Assembly (NCBI GenBank): GCA_964397575.1
Contig: CAYNJK010000001.1
Location: forward strand, 1 to 41,398
Source of the DNA: an uncultured Saprospiraceae bacterium
GTDB taxonomy: Bacteria; Bacteroidota; Bacteroidia; Chitinophagales; Saprospiraceae
DNA: 41,398 bases
Direction: 5' to 3'
Below the pieces are notes generated by a model. It was not told the DNA's origin. It ran no database searches and was given only the letters and a program-made list of their open reading frames with translations. Shown here one piece after another: positions 25,712-34,077 of this stretch. The translations under genes were made by a program, and so were the position numbers. The stretch's first letter is position 1. Each line of letters starts with the position of its first letter.

Positions 25712-25936
25712 AAAGGCAATTTCCTCAGAATCGCCAATTATTATTCTATTAATTAATTATTCAAGCGAATTATTGAAAATCCAAGACCATTTTGGGTTGT
25801 CTTAAAATATCAATAATTAGTGGTTCAACGACACAATTTTGCGGTCGAATACGTTATAAGGAATAGGTTTTACTCTAACTTCGCTGTTCTGACAATTCCC
25901 CAATCAGACTGCGATTCCTAAATCCGATTCATATGT

Positions 25937-25944
25937 TAATTTTG
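25937..25944 (+). promoter_or_regulatory. candidate -7 element (TAATTTTG) upstream of the 1718-aa gene
   Basis: It lies 63 nt upstream of the ATG at 26007. This is a motif match only. Confidence 0.3.
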
Positions 25945-26006
25945 TGTAATACTTGGTTCAATTATTGATTGAATCATGTAAGTACATAAGTACTTTATAA
26001 TCCATC

Positions 26007-29000
26007 ATGAGACTATTTATTCTATTTGCCTTGATATTAGGCACTCATATATCTGAGCTATATGGGCAGTGCATGATTAGTGTAACATGCAGACCTACCC
26101 CACCCAAGGTAGAATGTGCCTGTGAAATAGAAGAGATTAGACCAGAATTTATTGGTATTGAAGCTACTGGAAATGAAGATGTCTTAGCTTTTGAGAGTCT
26201 TGGCTTCAGTGTCAGCACTACTGGCAATTGCGGAAGAATTAGTGTTACCGCAAATGATAATCCTCATCATCCTGAAGATTGTCAGGACTCATTTTTCATA
26301 GAAAGAATCTATTCTCTCAGATCAGAATTTACTGGCAATAGGCCCACTTGTAGGGATACCTTTCATACTGAGTTTATCCCAGCGCATTTCTTAGGAGATG
26401 CACAGGATGTGGAAATCAGCTGCGAAGATAATGTAGATAGTCTCTTTCAGGTTTTCAAGGACAGTCTCAGTTTCACCAAATTTCTAAACTGCAACAATGA
26501 TGTCCGAGCTATATATCAGCCAGATGCTGATCCTGCCCTTGCAGTCGAGCAGAATTGTAATGGCGGCGCAGGCTGTGGCGAGGAGATGTTTGTGCGACCA
26601 TTAATCACCATATTTGGTCCTTGTCATGATAAGTGCTTAACTCTAGGTGATAAGGACGATAAAGATGAAGATATAAGTTTTTTCTGCGTAAGGGATGAAG
26701 TACCTGCTGTACTTACTTGTCCTTCTGTGGCCAGTCCGCTAGACTTAGGTGACGACCGGTTGGAGATGAAAATAGATTCTATAATAGAGGAGTATGACCT
26801 TACCTTCGGCTGTAGTCCACCTCTTATAAGTAATGACTTCGGAATAGACAGTGTGGACTTTGCTAGTTGTGTTCCTCAGCAACTTATCATTACGATTACT
26901 GCCGAAGAACCTTGTCCCACCAATAGTGACCAGTGCAGTTTTACTGTAGAAATTATCAATGAGCAAGGGCCTACTATAACCTTTGTACCTGATTCTCTGA
27001 TGCTAGAATGTGGCATGGTGGACATAGAAAATGCACTCAACAACTGGTCTGCACAAGCCAGCGCTATAGACTTCAGAGGCTTCACCCTTGGTAGTAATGA
27101 TATTACGACCAACTTTAATCCCTCTTTAGTATTAGAAGTAAATTGTGACGAGAATTTTCCCGTTACTTTTACTGCAAGAGATTTTTGTGGAAGAACGACC
27201 ACTGAAATGTCAGGTATTCAGATACGAGATACTGAGAGCCCCAATATTATCAGTTGTCCTTCTGATACGCTATTTAATGCTGATGACCCTAATCTCACTA
27301 CCGTTGTCAATGAATGGTTGGGACGATTTTCAGCTAGCGATCAGTGCAATCCAAATTTTACACAGAACAGTACTTTCAATCCAAATTGGCTAAGTTTCAG
27401 TTGTGGAACTATAGATACAACAATTGTTTTTTCTGCAGACGACCTTTGTGATGAGACAGCTGTAAGCACCTGCGAAGTAGATCTTGTCATTTTAGATAAT
27501 GTCACCTACGGCTTCTCTTCATTTCCAAATGACACGACCATTCAGTGCGAAAACCCAATAAATACAGGTGTACTTTCCCAGTGGATTTCTACTGCTGTGG
27601 GAATGAGCAGTCTAGGCCAGGTTTTTCCTAATGTATCTGCAGGTTTAGATTTTACAGATCCTCGATTATTATCCTGTGATGTTGTCATAGATGTTCTCTT
27701 TACCTATGAAAACGACTGTGGTGTTATCGTCTCAGATATGGCGAGTCTTACTATAACTGATGATGTCATTCCTACTATTACTTGTCCAGCTGACATTACT
27801 TTCACTGGTACCTTTGACGACATTCTTCCAGACATTACGACTTGGTTAGGATCAGCGATACCACTTGATAATTGCAGTGCAAGAGCAACTAACTTTTTTG
27901 ATGCTTATGCCTTCCAAGGTTGCGCAGACACCTTATCTAACCCTATAACATTTTTTGCGAGTGATGAATGTGGCAATGAAAGTCCGAGGTGTCAAGCCAA
28001 TCTTACTCTGATTACAGATAAAAATCCTGTTATAACTTGCCCACCTAGAATTGTTTTTGAATGCGGTGAACCCGGCATACTCGACAGTATCGAAAGATGG
28101 GAGCAAACGGTGGTCAGCACCAATTTTGTGGGGATAGCCATACAATCGACTAATACACTTAACATAGCAAATATTACTCTCGAAACCTGTCTTCAGGAAA
28201 CAATGGTAACCTTTACAGTTAATGACTCAAATTGTTCTAGAACTGATTTTTGCGAAACATCTATTACAATACAGGATAGTCAGTCACCAAACATAATCTG
28301 CCCGCTTAGCCAACTGACCATAAATTCTAACAGTACAACCATAGATCAGGACGTTGCAGACTGGATAGCCACTGCGGAATTCGATGATAATGGATGTAGA
28401 ACACCTCAGTTCTTTACAGATCCACCATTGGACAATATTGATTTCTGTAACAGAACTGACCAGCTGAGCATGACCTTTACTGTTGTGGATCCTTGCTTGA
28501 ATGAAAGTTCATGCATTGGCTTAATAAATTTCAATACACAAGGGCCAGATATTTCTTGCCCACCCAATCTTATTCTAGAATGTGGTGAAGACAACTTGCT
28601 AGGTCAGATAGATGATTGGCTGCTTAATGTGACTGCAATAGATAACGACACCAATGATTTATCGCCATTGGTGACCAACAATTTCATGCCAGACATGATA
28701 GAAGCCAGATGTAATCTGCCTATACAAATATTGTTTGAGACGGCAGACGGTTGTGGCACACCATCATCTTGTGTAAGCAATATTCAAATTCTGGATACTA
28801 CAGCACCTGAGGTGGACTGCCCTACTACCCCACTTAATCTACTGGCAGGAGACACTACCAAGATTCCAAAATTCTTGACTTGGCTAGAGCTTATTCCTGT
28901 TATAGATTGTAATGATTTTACCACAACTTCAGACTTTGATCAGAATCTATTGGCTGGTTTTGATTGCGATGAGATTCAGTACAACCTTGACATAAGAGTA

Positions 29001-31163
29001 GAGGACAATTGTGGACTGATATCAAATTGCCAAGGAGAAATATTCATTCAAAACAACATCACTACCTCCTTTATAAATTGTGTCCCCGGAACCAATGATT
29101 TAGAGTTAGAATGTGGTTCTATGACCATGAATGACGACATACAGCAATGGATGGCTCAGGTTACAGCCGTGGATCTTAATAACAATCCATTTCCTACGGT
29201 ACCTAGCATAGATCCAGACGATCCGAGTTTGCTGCAATGCAGTGGATCTACACCAGTTTTCTTTGAATTATCAGATCAGTGTGGCGTAGGTCAGTCATGC
29301 ATGCTGACTTTGACCATAACAGATACTCAGAGGCCAGTACCTAATTGTCCTCAGGATACCTCCTTTGTATTAGAAGATCCAAACTTTGACGCAAATGTGG
29401 ACAGTTGGCTGCTAGAAATAGATGGTGATGATGACTGTATAGCTCTCCTAAATTTTGGGGATGATTATACGCAAGTGACTTCACTAGCTAATTGTGTCAG
29501 TGAGCTGCCAGTACCTGTAACCTTTACTGTAGGCGATGGCTGTGGAAATATCAGCAATTGTACATCTATACTCACTGTAACCACAGACCAAGTACCAGTA
29601 ATTAGTTGCCCTCCCAATAGAGTAATCGAATGTGGGGATCCTAATACAACGGATATTATTGCAGATTGGATAGAAGGTGTAGAAGGCGCTGATGCCAATA
29701 ACGATCCACTTATTCCAGAATTTAATTTTGACATAGCTGATGTTACGTCTATCAACTGTGATGGAAGCGTCAGAGTACTCTTCACTATAGAGGATGCTTG
29801 CAACATCATGGATACTTGTAGTTCGGTTATTATAGTAGAAGACACAACTGCACCTGACGCAGTGTGCCCAGACTTACTGACTATCAATACTACTGATCCA
29901 GATGGGCCACAAAAAATGCAAGACTGGCTAGACAGCTTTACCCCTACTGACAATTGTTCTATGGCTATACCAAGTATACAGAATGGAATAATGGTACCGT
30001 CAGTCTTTTGCAATTCTCCTGAAGAAATAGATGTGGAGTTCTATGCAGAAGATGCTTGTGGCATGAGGGATACTTGTTTTGCAACTATAATAGTAAATAA
30101 GGCAATCCCTATCATAGACTGCCAAGACCGCATCGAAGTGGAATGTGGAGATACAAACAACCTAGATAGTATCCAATTATGGATAGACAGCTTTACAGGT
30201 ATGGATAACAATGGCATGACACTAGACGTCAGTTCAGATTTCAGGCCAGGATCATTAGGCGTAGATTGCACTAATGCAGAACCTATAAATTTTATGATTA
30301 CTGATGCTTGTGGCCAGGTTTCTGAAGAATGTGTTGTCAATATAGTCCAAGCGGATACTCAAGAACCAGCTATAACCAGTTGTCCAGCTTCCACAACAAT
30401 AGATACCGGCACACCTAATTTGGATAGTCAGATCAGTCAGTGGTTGGCTGGTTTTACAGCTGAAGACATGTGCAATACAGCTACTATTTCGAATGATTAT
30501 GCTCTGCTAGTACAACCATTTGATTGTATGCTGGAACAGGATGTCATTTTTACCGCTATAGATGAATGCGGTAATGTGAATGATGATTGTGTTGCAAGAA
30601 TTTCTTTTGAGAATAATCAGCAAGTATTTATAACCTGCCCTACACCTATTCAGGTCATTTGTAATGATGCTCAGACTTTACAAATTATTACTTCCTTTCT
30701 GTCGGAAGGATGGACGGTAGTGTCAGAAGATGATTTCGAAGTGACATTTAACATAGAAATAGATGATTTGGACCTCGAATGCAATAATACTTATACCCAA
30801 GACATCATCTTCACAGTTATGGATAACTGCCAAAACTCAGATGAATGTTCTAGTTCTATAGAATTTATCCCTAATGCAAGAGTCTATATACCCAACACCT
30901 TCTCGCCTTCTCTTGGAGGAGATGATTCATTTCTAACAATTGGTTCAAATATAGCTGTACCAGAAATACAATCATTTAGAATATATAGTAGATGGGGAGA
31001 TCTTATGTATGAAGCAGAAAATTTCGATCCCAATGCAGAGCGCGGCTGGGATGGAAGAAGCCAATTTGGTAGTCATGTGCAAGGGGTTTATACTTATAGA
31101 ATTCAATATGTGGATATCTTTAATAATCCATTTGATATTATTGGTACTATTACGCTGCTGTAG
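26007..31163 (+). CDS. giant T9SS type B cargo protein (1718 aa) made of about 15 Cys-rich HYR-like modules
   Basis: Signal peptide MRLFILFALILGTHISELYGQ. There is a repeated …D-x-x-x-P-x-I-x-CP…W…D…C…F…D-x-CG…C… module of about 86 aa. C-terminus: VYIPNTFSPSLGGDDSF…FRIYSRWGDLMYE…GWDGRSQFGSHVQGVYTYRI. Confidence 0.85.
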   Translation: MRLFILFALILGTHISELYGQCMISVTCRPTPPKVECACEIEEIRPEFIGIEATGNEDVLAFESLGFSVSTTGNCGRISVTANDNPHHPEDCQDSFFIERIYSLRSEFTGNRPTCRDTFHTEFIPAHFLGDAQDVEISCEDNVDSLFQVFKDSLSFTKFLNCNNDVRAIYQPDADPALAVEQNCNGGAGCGEEMFVRPLITIFGPCHDKCLTLGDKDDKDEDISFFCVRDEVPAVLTCPSVASPLDLGDDRLEMKIDSIIEEYDLTFGCSPPLISNDFGIDSVDFASCVPQQLIITITAEEPCPTNSDQCSFTVEIINEQGPTITFVPDSLMLECGMVDIENALNNWSAQASAIDFRGFTLGSNDITTNFNPSLVLEVNCDENFPVTFTARDFCGRTTTEMSGIQIRDTESPNIISCPSDTLFNADDPNLTTVVNEWLGRFSASDQCNPNFTQNSTFNPNWLSFSCGTIDTTIVFSADDLCDETAVSTCEVDLVILDNVTYGFSSFPNDTTIQCENPINTGVLSQWISTAVGMSSLGQVFPNVSAGLDFTDPRLLSCDVVIDVLFTYENDCGVIVSDMASLTITDDVIPTITCPADITFTGTFDDILPDITTWLGSAIPLDNCSARATNFFDAYAFQGCADTLSNPITFFASDECGNESPRCQANLTLITDKNPVITCPPRIVFECGEPGILDSIERWEQTVVSTNFVGIAIQSTNTLNIANITLETCLQETMVTFTVNDSNCSRTDFCETSITIQDSQSPNIICPLSQLTINSNSTTIDQDVADWIATAEFDDNGCRTPQFFTDPPLDNIDFCNRTDQLSMTFTVVDPCLNESSCIGLINFNTQGPDISCPPNLILECGEDNLLGQIDDWLLNVTAIDNDTNDLSPLVTNNFMPDMIEARCNLPIQILFETADGCGTPSSCVSNIQILDTTAPEVDCPTTPLNLLAGDTTKIPKFLTWLELIPVIDCNDFTTTSDFDQNLLAGFDCDEIQYNLDIRVEDNCGLISNCQGEIFIQNNITTSFINCVPGTNDLELECGSMTMNDDIQQWMAQVTAVDLNNNPFPTVPSIDPDDPSLLQCSGSTPVFFELSDQCGVGQSCMLTLTITDTQRPVPNCPQDTSFVLEDPNFDANVDSWLLEIDGDDDCIALLNFGDDYTQVTSLANCVSELPVPVTFTVGDGCGNISNCTSILTVTTDQVPVISCPPNRVIECGDPNTTDIIADWIEGVEGADANNDPLIPEFNFDIADVTSINCDGSVRVLFTIEDACNIMDTCSSVIIVEDTTAPDAVCPDLLTINTTDPDGPQKMQDWLDSFTPTDNCSMAIPSIQNGIMVPSVFCNSPEEIDVEFYAEDACGMRDTCFATIIVNKAIPIIDCQDRIEVECGDTNNLDSIQLWIDSFTGMDNNGMTLDVSSDFRPGSLGVDCTNAEPINFMITDACGQVSEECVVNIVQADTQEPAITSCPASTTIDTGTPNLDSQISQWLAGFTAEDMCNTATISNDYALLVQPFDCMLEQDVIFTAIDECGNVNDDCVARISFENNQQVFITCPTPIQVICNDAQTLQIITSFLSEGWTVVSEDDFEVTFNIEIDDLDLECNNTYTQDIIFTVMDNCQNSDECSSSIEFIPNARVYIPNTFSPSLGGDDSFLTIGSNIAVPEIQSFRIYSRWGDLMYEAENFDPNAERGWDGRSQFGSHVQGVYTYRIQYVDIFNNPFDIIGTITLL
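26950..30800 (+). repeat. tandem array of protein-level modules (about 86 aa / 260 nt each) with alternating A/B subtypes; the DNA copies are diverged
   Basis: Module anchors were read by eye: PTITFVP, PNIISCP, (degenerate) FSSFP, PTITCP, PVITCP, PNIICP, PDISCP, PEVDCP, FINCVP, PVPNCP, PVISCP, PDAVCP, PIIDCQ, PAITSCP, VFITCP. Confidence 0.7.
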
Positions 31164-31209
31164 CTCTCTATAAATGGGGAGTTATATTATAGACTTTTAC
31201 CATTTAAAT

Positions 31210-31217
31210 TATATTTG
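31210..31217 (+). promoter_or_regulatory. candidate -7 element (TATATTTG) upstream of carB
   Basis: It lies 32 nt upstream of the ATG at 31250. This is a motif match only. Confidence 0.3.
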
Positions 31218-31249
31218 CCGTCAATTTACTAATCGACGAGCCTCACTCT

Positions 31250-34066
31250 ATGCCACTAGATAAGTCTATAAAGTCCGTACTAATAATAGGCAGTGGGCCT
31301 ATCATTATAGGACAAGCATGTGAATTTGATTATTCTGGAACTCAGGCCTCCCGTTCCCTCAGAGAAGAAGGTGTAGAAGTCAGCCTAATTAATTCTAATC
31401 CCGCAACGATCATGACCGATCAGATTACTGCGGATTATATCTATCTAAAGCCACTTACTGTACAAAGCCTACGAGAAATTCTGGAAGAGCGACAGATAGA
31501 TGCAGTACTGGCGACAATGGGAGGACAGACTGCACTTAATCTGGCTATAGAAGCAGGTAAGCAAGGACTATGGAAAGAGTTCGATACCAAACTCATAGGT
31601 GTAGATCTAGAAGCTATAGAACTAGCAGAAAATCGGGAAGAATTCAGAAAGCATGTCATCAAATTAGGCCTATCCGTAGCGCCTTCATATATCGCCAATT
31701 CTTTCTTAGAAGGTAAAGATGCCTCACAGAAAATAGGCTTTCCACTGGTTATCCGACCTTCTTATACTCTAGGAGGAACAGGGGGTGGATTTGTGATGGA
31801 AGAGAAAGATTTTGACGAAGCACTTCGAAGAGGATTGGATGCCTCCCCTACCCATGAGGTCCTTGTAGAAAAGGCAGTACTTGGCTGGAAAGAATATGAA
31901 CTGGAATTACTAAGAGATAACAACGACAATGTCGTCATCATCTGTACGGTAGAAAATCTAGATCCTATGGGCATCCATACAGGAGACAGTATCACAGTTG
32001 CTCCTGCCATGACCTTATCCGATACAGCATATCAGGAAATGAGGAATCAGGCCATCCTTCTAATGAGAAGCATGGGTAATTTTGCTGGAGGTTGTAATAT
32101 CCAGTTCTCTGTAGATCCAGCTACTGAGCATATAATCTGTATAGAGATCAATCCTAGAGTAAGCCGCTCTTCAGCACTGGCAAGTAAAGCAACTGGTTAT
32201 CCGATAGCAAAGATTGCTGCAAAACTTGCCTTAGGATACAATCTGGACGAACTAAAGAATCAAATAACCAAGACTACTTCTGCTTACTTCGAGCCCACTC
32301 TAGACTATGTCATCGTAAAAATGCCTAGATGGAACTTCGATAAGTTTTACGGCTCAGATCATACTCTAGGTCTACAAATGAAATCTGTAGGAGAGGTGAT
32401 GGCCATAGGTAGAACATTTACTGAAGCCTTACAAAAAGCTTGTCAGTCACAGGAAAACAACAGAGCAGGCCTGGGTGCCGACAAGAAGGAATGGATAAAG
32501 ACTGAAGACATACTGGAACGTCTAGAAAATGCCAGTGATGACAGAATCTATCGTGTCAAGGATGCTATCAGATTAGGTGTTCCTCTAAAAACCGTCCATA
32601 AGCTTACCAGAATAGATCCTTGGTATCTGAAGCAGATAAAAAAATTGGTCAATCTGGAAGATCAATTGCAGAAGTATAATATTCCTGATGACATCCCAGA
32701 ACCATTCCTTAGAGAACTCAAGGTCAATGGTTACTCTGATGCACAGATAGCTTGGCTAATGCGTATCGATGAGGAAGCCATTACCAAGTATAGAAAAAAA
32801 CTTGGGATCGTCAGAACCTATAAGATGGTAGACACTTGTGCCGCTGAGTTCGAAGCGCAAACCCCTTACTTCTACTCCACTTTCGATAAGGAGAATGAAA
32901 GTATTCGCACAGACAAGAAAAAGATTGTAATCTTAGGTTCTGGTCCTAACAGAATAGGCCAAGGAATAGAGTTCGATTATTGTTGTGTACATGGAGTTCT
33001 TGCTGTGAAAGAAGCTGGCTACGAATCCATCATGATTAATTGTAATCCTGAAACAGTTTCTACAGATTTTGATGTAGCTGACAAGTTGTATTTCGAACCC
33101 ATATACTGGGAGCACCTCTTAGATATTCTCGACCATGAAAAACCTGAAGGTGTAATCATTCAGCTTGGTGGTCAGACAGCTTTGAAACTGGCAAAGAAAA
33201 TAAAGGCTGCTGGTTATAATATAGTAGGAACTGATTACGAAAGCATGGATCTGGCAGAAGACAGAGGACGCTTTTCTGACTTACTAAAAGAACTGAATAT
33301 TCCTTATCCAAAATATGGTGTAGGTAACGATATAGATAAGGCTATTGCAATCGCAAATGAAGTCAGTTACCCAGTGTTGGTAAGACCATCCTATGTACTC
33401 GGTGGTCAGCGTATGCGTATCGTACTCAATGATGATGAACTGGAAAGACATGTACTGAGTATTTTCAAGCACATGCCGGATAACCAGGTGCTTATAGATC
33501 AATTCTTGGAAAGAGCAAAGGAAGCCGAAGTAGATGCTATTTGTGATGGAGAAGAGGTGCTTATCATGGGAATCATGGAACACATAGAACCCGCAGGTGT
33601 CCACTCAGGTGACAGTTCAGCGGTCTTGCCTACTTATTCTCTTTCTGAAGCTGTCGTGGACCAGATGCGCGCCCATACCAAAAAGCTGGCGCTTGCACTA
33701 AATACAAAAGGGCTTATAAATATTCAGTTCGCCATTAAGGACGAAAAAGTCTATGTCATAGAAGCCAATCCAAGAGCTTCTAGAACGACACCATTTATCG
33801 CCAAAGCCTATCAGGTACCATTCCTTAAGATTGCTACTAAGGTGATGCTGGGGCATAATAAAATAAAAGACTTCGAAATAGAAAAGAAGCTGGAAGGATT
33901 TGCAATCAAAGTTCCTGTATTCTCTTTCGATAAGTTTCCTAATGTGGACAAGCAACTAGGACCAGAGATGAAATCTACGGGAGAAGCCATCCACTTTATA
34001 AAAGACCTAAATGATCCTTTCTTCAGAAAGTTGGATAAAGAAAGAAGTATGTACTTAAGCAGGTAA
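31250..34066 (+). CDS. carB: carbamoyl-phosphate synthase large subunit (short form, 938 aa)
   Basis: The N-terminus is canonical: KSVLIIGSGPIIIGQACEFDYSGTQA. There are two ATP-grasp halves, the second starting KKIVILGSGPNRIGQGIEFDYCCVH. The protein ends soon after the second synthetase domain. Confidence 0.95.
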   Translation: MPLDKSIKSVLIIGSGPIIIGQACEFDYSGTQASRSLREEGVEVSLINSNPATIMTDQITADYIYLKPLTVQSLREILEERQIDAVLATMGGQTALNLAIEAGKQGLWKEFDTKLIGVDLEAIELAENREEFRKHVIKLGLSVAPSYIANSFLEGKDASQKIGFPLVIRPSYTLGGTGGGFVMEEKDFDEALRRGLDASPTHEVLVEKAVLGWKEYELELLRDNNDNVVIICTVENLDPMGIHTGDSITVAPAMTLSDTAYQEMRNQAILLMRSMGNFAGGCNIQFSVDPATEHIICIEINPRVSRSSALASKATGYPIAKIAAKLALGYNLDELKNQITKTTSAYFEPTLDYVIVKMPRWNFDKFYGSDHTLGLQMKSVGEVMAIGRTFTEALQKACQSQENNRAGLGADKKEWIKTEDILERLENASDDRIYRVKDAIRLGVPLKTVHKLTRIDPWYLKQIKKLVNLEDQLQKYNIPDDIPEPFLRELKVNGYSDAQIAWLMRIDEEAITKYRKKLGIVRTYKMVDTCAAEFEAQTPYFYSTFDKENESIRTDKKKIVILGSGPNRIGQGIEFDYCCVHGVLAVKEAGYESIMINCNPETVSTDFDVADKLYFEPIYWEHLLDILDHEKPEGVIIQLGGQTALKLAKKIKAAGYNIVGTDYESMDLAEDRGRFSDLLKELNIPYPKYGVGNDIDKAIAIANEVSYPVLVRPSYVLGGQRMRIVLNDDELERHVLSIFKHMPDNQVLIDQFLERAKEAEVDAICDGEEVLIMGIMEHIEPAGVHSGDSSAVLPTYSLSEAVVDQMRAHTKKLALALNTKGLINIQFAIKDEKVYVIEANPRASRTTPFIAKAYQVPFLKIATKVMLGHNKIKDFEIEKKLEGFAIKVPVFSFDKFPNVDKQLGPEMKSTGEAIHFIKDLNDPFFRKLDKERSMYLSR

Positions 34067-34077
34067 TTAAGCCAGCT

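Noticed and set aside
29465..30013. 182-aa minus-strand ORF (plus 26876..27202, 30041..30340 and others) inside the 1718-aa gene
   Set aside because: The same reasoning applies. These are antisense shadow ORFs in a long, stop-poor repeat gene, with no independent features.
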